NCBI GenBank assembly: GCA_051294905.1
Contig: CM119380.1
Span: 18,848,001-18,912,000, forward strand
Length of the DNA stretch: 64,000 nt
Source of the DNA: Botryllus schlosseri
Lineage: Eukaryota
Reading direction: 5' to 3'
Below the pieces are notes generated by a model. The model saw only the letters and a list, made by a program, of their open reading frames with translations. It had not been told where the DNA came from and searched no databases. Numbering within the stretch: the stretch's first letter is position 1; every line of letters starts with the position of its first letter. A program made the translations under genes and the position numbers. Below, in pieces: positions 37,901 to 52,900 of the stretch.

Positions 37901-40900
37901 ACTGCCAACGCGACGTGTGGACAAGACGGGCCAGAGCGTTACTGCAGACTGGTTCAACACCACGAGAAATTATTCAGGCGTAAAAAAAGACGAAGTCACT
38001 GTGACGTAAGTAAGGGGCAGCCGCGAGTACCGTGACGCTCCCGTGATTACGTTATCGGAATCGTGATTTTGTCAATATCCCTGCTCTTGTTCAGTATCTA
38101 AACGTCCAGCGTTCTTCTGGTCAAATGATTATTTGACAAATCTTCACTGTGTTTTACAGATATGTGACGCTACAAATGTGGAGACGAGACACGACATCGA
38201 ATACGCTATTGATGGTATTGGCCGTCGATGGTGGCAAAGTCCAACAATAAACAATGGTTATAATTACAATTGGGTGACGATTTCATTGGATTTGAAGCAG
38301 GTTCGTAGCGTGCTACAGCATTTTCTCATCAGTGCATACTCCGATGATACGACTCAGAAAATGGATATTCTCTTCATATGCTTAGTGATCAAAAATTGCA
38401 GTGAGGTAACAAAATTACAGAAATATGTACAATTGTCCACTCATCTAAGGCCTGATCAGACGCAACATATTATGAAAATTGTAATCTGATGGCTAAAACC
38501 AAGTGGCTCGAGTGTGATATCGAGTTATAGTCGTTCCATCAAAATTTATACATTATTTTATGAATCGCTTATAGGTTGCAGGAGAAAATTGCCGTCCAAA
38601 AGTATCGTGTGAAAATATTATATTTCATCTCAAAAAAGAATATGATGTATTTGAGTAGTTTCGTAGTTTTGTGATGGTGATCGAAAACAGTTAGGTATCT
38701 TATTAGTATATTTCATTCTTAATTTCAATTCGGTGTTTGGGTTCAATCACACACATCTTTTTCTATCGCGTAAGAATGGATATAGTTTTCGACCTTTCAT
38801 GCAACAGGTTACGCGCGTACTTGAAATTCATTAAAGCGAACATTACATTCATCTACTGCACTTGTAATATAATCATCCGAAGGGTGTTATACCCAAATCA
38901 ATGCGTACTATCAGCGAGTTGAAATGAAGCCCGCCTAGCAAAGTCGCCGATATCTGAAGCATAGTTTGATGATTTCAAGGTTCCGTAACACATTATCGGG
39001 CAATCAATGTGATTAAAAGGCCTTTTAAAATGAGCTTATCTCCACATCACGAGCGACGCAGTTTCGTCCTCGGTGGCCTCAAATTGATGTTTCACTTACC
39101 CCGACGTTAATGTCATGATGAGCTGGATACAGTTATTTTGATAGGCCCGCTATGAGATGTTGGTACTAGGTAGCTGTCGGGGAAATGTCATCACCGTACG
39201 TATTAGTACTTCTGCCTTTCGTCTGCTGAGTGGAATAATATTTCGATATAAAGCGTATTCACTGACATCAAGCGTGACCCGCAGACGGTGTTACTTGACA
39301 TATCTTTTGTCCCACTGTGGTACAGATAGGCTTTGTAGTGAACTTAACGGATCTGATACTCGGAAGTAATTCCTCACGGCATTTTAATCGACTATTTTCA
39401 TTGCTCCTGTATTGAAAGTAAGACTTTTGAATGAAAGTTTTTCATCGCGTGTGTACAGTATCGTGAATCTCACTCCTTATGGCGGTTTATCTTGACTGCG
39501 AGTATGATGTCAAGGCAGATATTGTCGGAAGACCTGTACATGGAATGACATGCTAAAACATGTGATTAGCATAACTGCGTATAAGATTTACATTACGACC
39601 GCTATGTGGAATAATTTCGCCCTTTCATGCGATGGCGTTAAGTTAAATGGTCAAACTTACTGTATAGGATACATTGCATATGCGCAGTGGCAGTAACTCC
39701 AATAAATGGCCGCAACCATTCGATGCAGACATAACAATATATCACAGTTTAGGAACTTTGTTGCACCTTGCCGCGTGGCTTTTAACCACGCGCCATATAC
39801 CTACCGAAATTGACCCAATGAAGAAAAGACGATAGGGATGTATGCATATTGCATATGCATGCTTGTGTGCCTGGGAATATGCAGAGTAAGTCAATTTTGA
39901 AAACGCCAAAAATTTCCGGAATTCCGTATTCTATCAAATCCGCAGTGACGAGGCCGATGACAATATTGACGTCACAGATCCTTTTTTTTCGTTGGGGGGC
40001 GATGCGATGGCATTTATTACTATAGATCCTCCGATGCTTATTATAAACGCTATATTATTTTTATATGATTGAAAACATATTAATGTCTCAATCGATTTCG
40101 TTGCGCTTTGCAATATTATCTCAACGTCCCATTGTGATTATCTGCGCTATGCTTTGTTATTAGACTTGTGTTATTGTTGCGATGAATAGGATTCGACGTG
40201 AATGTAATTTCCGATTTGTAACGTGAATAACCTCGCTACTGAATCGAGTTAACAGATTGACAGATCTAACTGTTGCTTTTGTGATAAAGCGCATAATGCC
40301 CGAACGCTGTTGAATTAACCTCAACGTTCGCCGAGAAATATTTTCGTTGGCCGCAGATAGTAATCCATCGTCGCGACATGATTGGGAGTCCGCGATGTTG
40401 CAACTGTGCCCTCAATTCGTGTCTTTAGAAAAGATTGTAACGTCCGATGATGTATAGTACTTGCCAGCGACATTATGATTTCATGGCATTATCTGCGCAT
40501 AACATTGTGCGTTGTGTACACCCAATATACCACTGACACGTAATTTATGATTGTATCAAACGATTAGTTGGCGCAAATAGCCTACATATTGATTTGATGC
40601 GCATCATCCGATAAACACATGTCTTCGCATTGAAACACTCAGAACCGTGTATATATAATATATGTTTACTCGTATTACTTAGCGCCTAAGGTGTGTTATG
40701 CAAATATACATAGAGTTAATGCTACTGGTTACGGGTTGATTTTGCGTGTACTGACAAGGAATGTACATTCCAGTAAACACATCATTATGTTTTATCCTTA
40801 AAAACTATGAAATAATATATGTCCTTTGTAGACGTATCCGTTACACACGTTACACATTATGAATTATTATGATGTTGGTTTTAGAGTGTGCATTGTTGTC

Positions 40901-43900
40901 GTGTTCAAAGTCCTTCCTTGGCACTACTACAGCACTACCCGGTCTGACTATTATATATTCGGTCTGATGAAAGCACTGTGATCACGAAGTATAATTCGGT
41001 TTCGTTGCATAATTGAGTGTGTCGGGTGCCGCGCCGGCCTAAGTTATTTGCATAGGTTAACATTGGAGTATTATGGTGACAGTGATGCGTGAGGCTTAAG
41101 TACAGCGGCTCATGACCTTGCGGTGACTTTGGCAATCTCGCCCCGACGCGAGACTGTCGTGACGGCTTTGAACGCATCACTCCGGGGGAGACAGATCCTT
41201 AGAAATGACCGTGTAAGGATTTATCGCTGCGGCGCTATGACGTAATCGCTGCGGCAAAGCCTTGAAAACGTTGACCGCCGACAAAAATCAGAATTACGGA
41301 AAGTGCTGGCCGTTGGCGAAAACGCATCAATTTCGGATTGTTGACAAAACATTGTTGTTAGCCGCACAGGCAGCGGACGAAACAAACTCCAGGTCTCGGC
41401 AACGTAGCAATCGCGCAAATTGAAGCACTTACGCCTGGGCTACTGACGATTTGCTCGAGAAACGGTCTTATTTTTAGAATCCCCTGGCAATTTTGCACTC
41501 ATCCCGATTATTCTAATGCGGCAATAACCGACTCCCGTACATTTGTCATTGTATAGCGCTCAATGTAGCGTTTGTCTCGCTTTCGGCTCGAGGGATCCAT
41601 CCCCGATTTTAAGGCTGTTAATCTTCGTTAGGTATTAGGATAATATCCGACCCTTTTCGTGGCGAAGACGGCTATTAGGCCCGCTCGAGGAATGCACGCG
41701 GTTACCTAAAAGGCTAAACGCGAAAGTGCATTATGCCATTGTTGGTAATTTCAGCGGGTCACCAAATATTCCCAAGATGCGAGAATTTAGCCGATTACGG
41801 CGATTTCATCTATCGAGTACTTTGAGTTTGCGCGATTTGCGCGGCACGTCAAAGGAGGCGCGTAATTTGGCGACGATCATTGAGCAAATCGGAATTGCGA
41901 ATTGTCTTTAGGGGTGCATAACCCTTACATCACATCTCACCGCTCTAGTTACACCCTGTCATTGTCTTTTACACACAGAGGTGGTCGATATCGAATCACA
42001 TATACTTTGCCTACTTGTACTACTTGAGCGGCTATGTGTTTGACTAATTTCATTTCTACTTGAATAAATTTTAGGCACGTAGGATTTTGTAAAGTAGAAA
42101 GTACTTTTGGGAACTTTAACGAGTAAAATCGTAACAACAGGACGAAGAATTCCTTTAACCGCGGAAACTGAATAGATTTTCGAAAATAGCATCTATTTGC
42201 AGTACCATCGGTAATATTGCGTTAGTCGCGAATACACATCCATTTGCGATTTTCAAACCAGCAAGCTCCATTCACTGTTTAAAGTAAAATAAAATATACA
42301 TACTAATTACTCTAGTACTGTTCACGCCTTCACTATCTACATTCACTTGAAGTAGTTTCCATATGTCCCAGAAGTAGCTACTTCTACTTGTAACTGAGTA
42401 GACATTATAGTCTAATAAGTAATTACGTAATAACGTAACGGGAAGGTCCCTTTAAATCTCGACACAAAACCCATTTTGGACGCAAGTAAACCCGTTTGTT
42501 AATCATTTAAAGTTTGATCCTATACCTTTACAAATAATTATTTTGGGTATTATCCCCGATTGTTTGCCATCACAACAGGGGCGCCGCGGTAAGGTCTTTG
42601 CGGGTGAGCGGTTCCCATTTTCGCGCGGGTGTTAGGGGTTAATTTGCGCGGCGAGCGGTTCATCTCCACGCGTGTCGTTTGTAACACGAGCGCGAAACCC
42701 GATACGTGTCGTTGCTTAAAATTCTCGCCGAGAATCTGACGTCAGGTCACGTGACCGCGGCGGCCAACGAAATTGGTCACCTTCAAAGAATTCACGACGT
42801 AACGCGATCCCCTCGGTAAAATAATCGCCGAGTTAGGGCGCTCGGTAAGTGCAGACGGTGGCTATTTCCTCAGATGGATAATTGTTACGCGATTGAGGCG
42901 CCATTGTTTGGCCAACAGGCGACAATCTACCGACACTGCGTGTCAACGGGTTTCCGTGACTCGCGCGATGAAAAGAAAGTTTCGGACACCACCCGCTACG
43001 TACCCCTGAATGGCGTTTACGATGACGTCATCATCGTATCAATGCGTTTTCTCTCCCCAAATAAATGTACTATACGTTGAGCTATCGACTATGGAACACC
43101 TTAGAAATGTACCAGTGCTGGGCGCGACATTTTTGTCACCAGCTGACCCAGAACTACATTCAGCAAACTCGGATGTTTTCAGTAACGAAGTACATCTACG
43201 TCAACGTCTTGGGCCGCCTTAGATGAAACTACTGATAACAAACCCAGCTTACTGACAGCATAATAAATCTTGACCAAATTCCCACATAATTGACGACCTC
43301 TCACTTAGAATACTGTGTATAGGTGTAATGATGGCATCAATACATTGACGTAACTGACTTGGAAATGGCAATGCCTTTGAGCGGAGAATCACAATCTCGC
43401 CCCTTTTCTGCAACCGTGACAATCCTCTTATCGGCTATCTCCTGGGCCCATCCATCGTAACTTACAAATTGTCGCCGAAATAATCTATCGGAGATTGTTG
43501 GGATTATGCGGATCGCAACGGAATCTCGGACGAATTCCAACGATTATCGCTTTTTTTGGTTACCGTAATTCGCTTTTATTGCCACCGATACGGATTACGA
43601 CGTCCTACACAAAAATTAAGGACTGTGCTCGGCGCATAGTATATTCGTTTGCGATTGGAGTCGCTGAATTTAATTTTCCTGGCGTCTTAATAGATGATAG
43701 TCGCAACGATGTATGGAATGAGTGTAACGACATTATACTGACTACATTTTCTTTAATTTCGCTCTGGAGAGAAACTTAACGAAGCGACGAGAAATGTATC
43801 TGTTAGGTGGGGATTTGGATATTATGTCAACGGGTTATAATAATGAGTTTACTTTGCACTGACGTAATTTCGCATATGTTCGGCCGCGAATGAAGACGGG

Positions 43901-46900
43901 TTTTCTGTGATTTATTGGCCATGGACGAAATTTCATTTCGTTTCAAGTGACCTTGCTCAACGAACTGAATCTAGGATTCGATATAGACTTGAACATACCG
44001 CTATAGGAATACAATTATCGCCAGAATGCTTAAAATTATTGGAAGCTTATTAATAATAATAATATAATAATTTATAGAGCGCCGAATATACCATTATATC
44101 ATTACTACACTAGGGAGCTGTACACAAGAAGCAATAAAATATAAGAGTGAACGATTTGTTTAAAAGACGGAGTGCGTGGTTGTAGGGCAGAATGAACTGA
44201 ACACTATTGTAGTTCGAACGATCGTGTGAATAAAACGGTTTTGATTTTGCGCTTGAAAACATATAGCGAGTCAGATAATCTGATAGAAACTGGAAAATTG
44301 ATTAGTAGTATATTTAGACATTAGTAATTCAGCTCACCAAAACAATACAAAGTCTTATTACTGGAATTCTGCCCAGGCAAAAGTAGAAGCGTAGTGCTTT
44401 CCAATAATGACAAGACGCAGGACACAACTTTAATGACTCTAAAAAGTTCGAGTATTGCCGTGACGGTAACTGTTTGCGTCCGTGACTTCCATATCCGCCT
44501 CGTAAAGTACTTAGCAATATATGCATAACCTAACACCGATAAAAGTAGGTAAGTAGTATGAAATATCACTATTGCGGTCTTACTAAGTGAGTATAGCTGA
44601 TCAGTGATCAAATTGAGTGCAATATCATAGCAATCCTCAACGTACTTTGATTTCAGAGAATCATGATCCGTCATGGACCAATGCGATTGCCCATATTCAC
44701 TACATTGCCATGATAATCACGGCGCGCACTGAAATATAATTTACGTGATGTCATTCGTCACGGTCGGCTCGCCGCTTACAAAATTGAGTATTGAGCAATC
44801 ACCGCGTGTGGAAACAGCTCTCGTTATCCGTGCGATTGCTTTCAAAGCTAGGAAAAGCTTGTGATGAATCGGTTGCCGCGAATATGAATTCTATTGTGTC
44901 GTAAATAGCGTGAACGCGCGCAGTTATTATAATATCTCTTTCCCTTTTACTTTCCGGTCTTACTCTTTGGGGTGCGGGTGATTTAATTATCGCGATACGT
45001 CTGGTCTCGCTTCGGCGTTTTCAAATGCGCGATTTAGAGTCGCGCACTATTTCTGACGCGCAACTACGGTGTGCAATTTGTGCAAAGTTTTATAAAGTAT
45101 TCATTACTGGCACTCAAGTAGAACTAGCGACGTAAATATCTACTCTTGTACAAGCAGATACGTAGATTTACAAGTAAAAAGTAAGTATTCTGGGCATGGG
45201 TTTGTCTCAATAATTGAAAACTGTAGTAGAAGAGGAAGTTGCGCAAAGCCAAAACGTACTTGACTATACTTCACAATAGTAGAAATACTTATTTACTGAA
45301 CCCCCTCTGAAGGTGTGCGTGGTTCACGTATAATTGGCGATGTAAATTCACTTGGACGTGGTCAGTGACGAAATACTTCTGCCTTTTCAAAATAATCAAG
45401 TGGATTTTGTTCACTTTCTAGTTTTTTAGATTTTTTTCAAGTACATGGTATTGTATCTATAGATCGATTTCCACCACTTTTTATTAGTAAAAAAGTTACA
45501 TGGCACCTATATTACAGTGACAGATTATAACTTCGAGACTTGTGGTTATTTTGATCGCCATTCGCCATTATGCGTTAGTCTCAATCTCGCGATTGTGAAA
45601 ACTGGCACCAGGGCTTTTGAAACAAAAGTCTGCAATGACTCGTTTTGAACAGGCATTGCTTTTACTTGTACGATAGAACCAATGCTGGATAGTGTGACCA
45701 CGTCTCAATTTATGTAGATTCCTTTAGTCTGGTGATGCGCTGTAAGCATTGTCCATTTGCCACGCCACTAATTCCAGTTCGCAGTAGAAATGTACGCGGA
45801 TCTTGTGCTTTTAAATATGACTCGAGCCAGCTGTCCGTCTAATATCACAAACTGCTGATCGCTTCAATTCGTTCATCAGTATCGTGTGTGATCCGTAATC
45901 CCGTTCCGCGCAAGGTGACGTACTCTTGAAACACAAATCGCTTTAGATACCGTAAATAAACTATCGTCCACAAAACAGTTGTGTCTACAAGACGCAATCG
46001 ATTGGTAATCGGGCGAACTTTGCGAATGAGTGCGTTGGAAATTATAAAAAAAGTGAGCAATGAGCGTCGGAAGTTCCATTGCTGCCAGACAATATCATAT
46101 ACAATGAAATCCGCATTAATGCTGTAGCGTGCGGAGAAAATAACTTGAGTCGACTGGTTTACGCATGACGATATGTCACGGGTGCATACGGGAATTGATG
46201 TTTGCTTTTGTGTGCAAGATCGCACATCCGCACTTCCACGTATTTCCGAAAGCTCTGCGTTGTTTAGTTAAATATGCTCCGACCTTGATTCGACGAATAT
46301 ATCCACGAAAGATATGTTCAGTCCTGCAAAAAGATGTCTAAGTCTTGGGGTTATATACGCGCACGTGAACATTATTGTGTCTCGTGACGGTTTCATGTGG
46401 TATGTTCTCGAGTCATATATAGTTCGAATAATTTAAGACCATGATCGATCTTGGCCTAAGATGACGTCAACGCGATTGTTTGGAATCGGCGAAAATATCG
46501 TTCTCACGGTGGTGCAATAAAAGACACCGTGCCCGCTTCGGATCTAAGCCGCGTTTTCCGCATAAAAGAAATCGTAAAAGGCCATTTACTGCCTAATTCG
46601 CCAGAATTCGTGGGTTGCCCGATCACGTTCGAAGACTGATCTCCATTCACGACGAGAGCTGTTGGCTTAATTCCACGCCACATCACACGTTGACCGTTCT
46701 CATATGGCCGCTTTTTAAGAGTTTTATGGGGCGGAGGAATGAAGCGATGGAAGCCCCGTATTGACGTGCGGTTATATTTCGCCACTGTGTGACTGAGCAA
46801 AACAAATAATAAACTCCCGGATGTTCTCCCAAGCTATCCATCCTGGTCATCAAACGCGCTTGTGGACCACCTTCAGACCGCCAATGTTATGAAATAATAC

Positions 46901-49900
46901 TAACCAGAGGTGGTAAAAGATATTGGCGTTGCTACCCAAGCGGAAATAGAATTACCGCCACGAATTTCTACTCAATTACAAGTAGACGCAGCAATTTCAA
47001 AGGCGTGTCAAAACTACGTCAAGTCAAAGCTGAAAACGAATAACACAAAAAGTACCCAAATAGGTGGTTGCGAAAATTAGTTTTACTACTTCCGAAATTG
47101 CGAGGGGGATCTTCGCGACTATAACGCAATATGACTAATAACAATAACAATTAGGCGCAATCTCAAAACATAGATTCAGCAGTTACACTGTGATGGCTAT
47201 TTCACGCAGTTCTTATGATCATTTCACGCATAGAAGCGACGGAAACCTGTCCCAAAACAGATTTCCCCTATCCAAGAGTGTAAAAGTATAGTAGTTGTGT
47301 CTATAAACTGTTCAAGTAGAAGTGTAAGTATAGGCTGAAAACGAAACCACTTGAGTAAGCAGTGCTAATAGACAAAACCTACTTGACTATACTTCGAAAA
47401 ATTCGTTAGGGACCAGTGGCCACATCTGATACTAACTGGTGGGGTGCATCCATAGGGTTACATTCTAAACAAGAATCAATTTAAAACAGAGATGTTTAAA
47501 ACATGTTTTTTATTTTTATTTTCGGTTTTCTTTTCAGTCATGACGTCACGAATCATCAATTGACAGTTGACATGTAGCAGAAATATAGCTACTTCGACGA
47601 AAAACGCTTCCGACCATACTGCCATAAACACACATACTATACTATACATCGTTATGCAGCATTTGTACGGCCGGCGTTCATCATCATCATAACACCCCCG
47701 TTCCGTTCCAATGATCTATATATCTACTTGCTATAACTGTTGAACCAACAACGATTTCGAGGGTTCCAGCCACTCCATATCGTATGCGTCGACTATATTG
47801 GGTACGAATCGTCCGAATAGGCTCGTACTTCAAGTTTTCGAAAGTATTTAAATAATTATGGCATAATTATACAACGTCTGAAAAAGAACACAATTTTGTT
47901 TTTCAAAAAAAAGGCATTTGTTTAAAACACTGTTTGTTTTAAATGCAACCGTAGGTGCGTCATATTGTCTCTATTAAAGTGTTATCAGCGTTCATTGTCT
48001 ACTTATAGTAATGGAACTAGCGAAAATAATTTCAACAACCAAGCGATTTCACGGTTTGCTTGGCCGGTGAAGAGTAATTATCAAGTATTACTACTCGAAA
48101 CACAAAATCCGATCACTTAGTCCCTGAGGTAAACCCATCTTGTATGATTTACAACAGTTAGCAATGACCTCGCAGGTGTTCCAAGTGGCATACTTCATCC
48201 TGAAAGCCGGTGATTCCCCGCGCCCAGGCAATTGGATATTGGAAAAGTCCATGGACGGAATTACGTACGAACCCTGGCAGTACTTCGCCATCACAAATCA
48301 AGAATGTCGCGATCTATATCCGGGGAACAGAGTGTCGAGTTTCGGCGCTACGCGGATGTTATACGACAGCGAAGTGATATGCACTTCTTATTTTTCGAAG
48401 ATAGAACCTCTGAAGAATGGAGAAGTAAGTTCATGTTGTTATTCAGTCGAGGTGATGAATGTGTGACACCAGTCATGAAGTATTTCTGCTTTAAAAAAAA
48501 TGTTTTTCAACTACTTCCACTTCTACTTAAGATTGTTTTCACCAGTCTATAGTTACTTGTTGCACTTTGAACTTTGTGAAAAGTAGAAAGTAGTTTGGGT
48601 CATCTTCTAATTTCGAATTTAGCCCCCCCCCGATTAACTGCTAAATGTAAGCAACCAGTCGACCAAATCTACTTTTTGACACTATTTATTTTAGTACTTC
48701 TCATATACCTTCATTTACTACTAAAGACATAAGACTTAAGTGTTAATAGTTAAGCCATAAGACTTAAGTAGTTCTTACATGTTTCCGAAATCGCTATTCC
48801 TACTTATCACCGAGTAGAACTTTCCGGCGTTACTTCTACTTCTACTTGAGTATGAGCACTGACAGCTTTCACCACCTCTTGTTAGATGTCAATATCCTCC
48901 TGACAATGTTCGGACTTCGGCCACGGCTTACTGCGGCTTAGGCATGTTTTGGCATACCAAGAGCCGATTACCATAATTTTTGGTGTGCAAATAGATTTCG
49001 TTAAAATAGACTATATTCTTGTCTTTAGATCCACATTTCACTGATTAACGAGCGACCTTCTGCCGAGAATCCTTCTGAGGAGTTGATCCGGTTTATGTCA
49101 GCGCGTTACGTCAGACTGCGTTTCCAGAGGATCCACACACTGTTGGGGGATTTAATGACCCATTCCAGAGACGTCATAGACCCAATGGTCACGAAACGAG
49201 TGAGTAGTACTGGCTAGCCATTTTCATTTTCTACATCCACTGCTGTATGAGGCGATATTGGCAGCGTTCTAAGTAGGTGAGACATTGAATCAGTTGCTGA
49301 CCACGATTTCAAAAGGTTATCTATAGGTGAGAATCATTTGTATGGATTATTGATTGGCCATGATCCGATTATTATCGGAACAAGTGTTAACAGCAATCCT
49401 GTTAAGTAGCATGACTTATGGTGTGTGGAGATGTCGGACTTACCGTGTTAGCTTGGCACACTTCCTTGTAATGGTTGTCTCGTTGGCTGTTTTTGGGCTT
49501 TAGAAAAATCGCAATGGTTTTAGCATTGTCGCGTGAATTCGTCGCTATACACACGCAGGGCGTGACATTTCTTCCTGTGTATGAACACTTGCGCCCGCGG
49601 GGTGTACTAGCTGTCTCAAAATATGGACGCAAATTTGCATTGTAAAGTCAGCTGGATCCAATTAGGACAGCTCTTATAGTAGCACCGACTCCATTCCCAA
49701 ATTAATGGTGGTCACTTACGAAGTACTTCTATATTTTCGGAGCACCCAAGTACGTTTTGCCTACTTTCGCTACGTACCCAAGTAGTTAAGTTTTAGTTGT
49801 CCATTTCTACTTGAACATTGTTTTTTAGAGCAAACCACTTACACTTTACGCTTTGGATTTTTAAAAGTAGAAAGTAACTTGGGCTCAAGTTTGCCTCACT

Positions 49901-52900
49901 TTTATGAGTATTAGCATGAGTTTTCTTTTCTTCTTCCATACGAAGTAGTTTTGACATGCCTGCAACTTTCGAAGGTTGATTGTACCGTACTATAGTAGGA
50001 ACAGCGTATCCAGATTTTCGGACACTCCATATATCGTGATGATGCACGCGGGCGGCATTTGCCGCCGAGCCACCTGCGTCGAAGCACGGATTATCGGCCG
50101 CGCGCCTGTCGAAAGGCTATTCGCCTATTTGAGAAGTAGCACCTTGCTACACATCAAACGCGCTTAATACACTTGATATGAATGGACTCCGAATTTGCTG
50201 AGCGCGAAGACATTCGTCTCAAATCATTGTCGGGCAGTCATCCGCGGAGTAAATTTCGGCGATAGAACAGGCAATCAAACGCCACCGGATAACGGTAATG
50301 TGAAGCGCGCATGGGATTGGCCGGGATAATCTGCGAAATTGTCGTCCTCCTGCCCGAAATTAACCCCAAGGTAACCCAACACCGAAATTGCGATCGCGTG
50401 CGGCTTTTGAGAACTTGAGCGATCTCGATATTAATTGTGGGTTAAACTAGTTCGTACTTTGAAGATCGGGTACCCGACGGCTGTTCAAAGAGCAGAATTC
50501 TTGGACTCGAACAGTGAAATTGGCAATAGGCGCAATAACCAATTTTGATTGCGTCATTCCGTTAGATACATGTCAAGCCGAAATACTACACCCCGTAGAT
50601 ACACATACTCCCGAAATATAGATGTGTTGTGATAAGTCTATTTGCTGTCCGTTTTGTATAATATCAGAATCTGATCAAAAGTGAGCAATGAGCAATGAGC
50701 ATGTATGTATGGTATTATCGCTGTGGTTGTAAGAAGGCGCGTGCTGGCCAATCACAACAACGATAGTTATTTAAATACAGCAAAACGAATGGGCTTATTG
50801 ATCAGGGATATCTAGAACTAGAACTAGAACTAGATATCCCTGTTATTGATGTATATGACCTCATTTGTTGACGACATCAGAAAGAGAAATGTCACCTAAA
50901 GTTTTATCGTCATTACACGATATATGGATATTATTCAGTATAAATTAACATGCCTTAGTTTTTATAATGAGCCCAAAGGCACAGTTGGGACTAAACATTT
51001 TCGAGGCGAACGTCCTTATATATAGCGACAATTGAACTTGAAATTAGTAAATATGTCTGTATGAATATTAGGTATCATGGTGAGAGACCTTTTTACAGCC
51101 GCTGTTTGAATATAGGAATTGTCACCGAAATGCCCGCGTTGCAAATCCCACGTTTGTTCTGCTTTAACCAGTCGGCTAAACAGATTACCGGTAACCGGCG
51201 GGCTTATATGCTGAAGGGTGTGTTTGTACTTGGAAATATTGGAGTTCCTGTACTCAGGGATTTTCGATCGGGGCTGTGCTCTCCCAAATTCCGCCCTCCA
51301 GGTGTACAGGTGATCCTACGAATAATTTTGTTTCCGGAGCTTGGCAAGACAAGTCCTTCGCAACTATTGTAAGCGCTCTAATCCCTTTAGGTGCTTGCGG
51401 CCTGCCCCTTATATATACCGGGTTTGTCACAGATCATCGCATTCGCCCAAGTATCGGCTCAGAACCCGATCACGTTGGCTTTCACGACTCTTCAAAATCC
51501 TATTTTCCGTGATTACGTCATTACTATACGTTCAATATCCAGGATTAGTCATATAGGCGATCACTGTTCACTGATCACTGTTCGACAAATTATGAATTCG
51601 AAACATGTGGCTTATTGAGGCTGCCGATTGAATGGCGCTCTTTCCCACTTGAGCGCGACATGTTCAATTAGGAATATCGTATCACCTCAGTTTCGATGAA
51701 GCATTTCACTTCAAATCCAAAGTGTAAATTTACATACGATGATTTTGCACGCAATATGCGGTTAACGCGTGACTTCCAACACGCAAACATATAGTGTGAC
51801 AGGTTCGTTCATAGTGCCTCAAAGGGTGTACTTCGCTGATTATTGCGATCCATTTTAGTATGAACGAACGTGAACAATCGTATCGATTTAAAAGACACAC
51901 GAGTTGATATTTTATCAGCGTATGATTGTTTTAACATCGTCATGCCATTTTTCAGTAGGATACTGCCGTATCGAAGCAGACATCCTATTGTGTTTCATCT
52001 GTGATTTGCGCGTCTCAGCTCAATTTGTTACAATTTTCTAATTGGCAATGTCGTCTGGTCTTGTTCCGAATCGGATTTGGTTCAAGTCGCTTTGATTTAT
52101 TTTGTGTTGGGACATATCCGCGTCTTTAAGAAGCAAGGGAACATAAACGTAACCAAGTGAACTTCCGCTATTGAACGAATCAGACTGAAATTAATATCAT
52201 TCGACGTGAATATGCGACTATGTACCTCGCGGTATAACCGCTATTCTGTATCTCTCTCGGCAATTACCTGACGTCATTATCCGGCAGTAGTCATACGAAG
52301 TGACACCAAATACAACGAACTTCACCATAAAGCTACGGAACGGGCATTATATGCGTTTGTGTCGCTGTGCAATGCGTATAAAAGTGTTATGATTTCGCCT
52401 CAACGTTTGTACTCGTAGCTAATATAGCGGACCATATGTCTGTACTTGGTGCTCATTTATTTTGATTGTTATAACATTCCGAACCATGCTTTGTGATATG
52501 CATTGCAGTCGATATCAGCGACATTCACAGTAAAGTCTGAAGGGGTTGTTCGCATTCTACCAATGTTATTGGTTATTTCGACCCGTTGTATAGTTAGCGA
52601 AGAATATGAGGCGGTTAATTCAGTTGATATAGCTCATGATGTGTATTTAGGGTACTTGTGAGATATTTCAAACTATATCATGGCTATCGTATGAGATTGT
52701 AAATTGCTGTTTTACTAACAATAGCAGCTCCTTTCCGCATGCTTATTCCCTATTATTCAAGTGTTGATCAACCTGAATGGATTGAAATACGTATTTCTCT
52801 CGTGCATTTCCGATCTATCGAATATACTGAGGACCTCATTGGTTTGCGGTGGATGGGTGATGTATACGTGACTTGAATGGGGAAATATTGAAAACAAAAT

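Noticed and set aside
44321-44674. 117-aa minus ORF with two hydrophobic stretches (nested membrane-protein gene?)
   Set aside because: No recognisable family, no splice support, and it abuts an L2 LINE 3' fragment; treated as chance or LINE-adjacent sequence.
49200-49220. LaNt-like LN-only product by read-through into intron 5
   Set aside because: Read-through gives only VSSTG then stop, with no supporting terminal-exon evidence.
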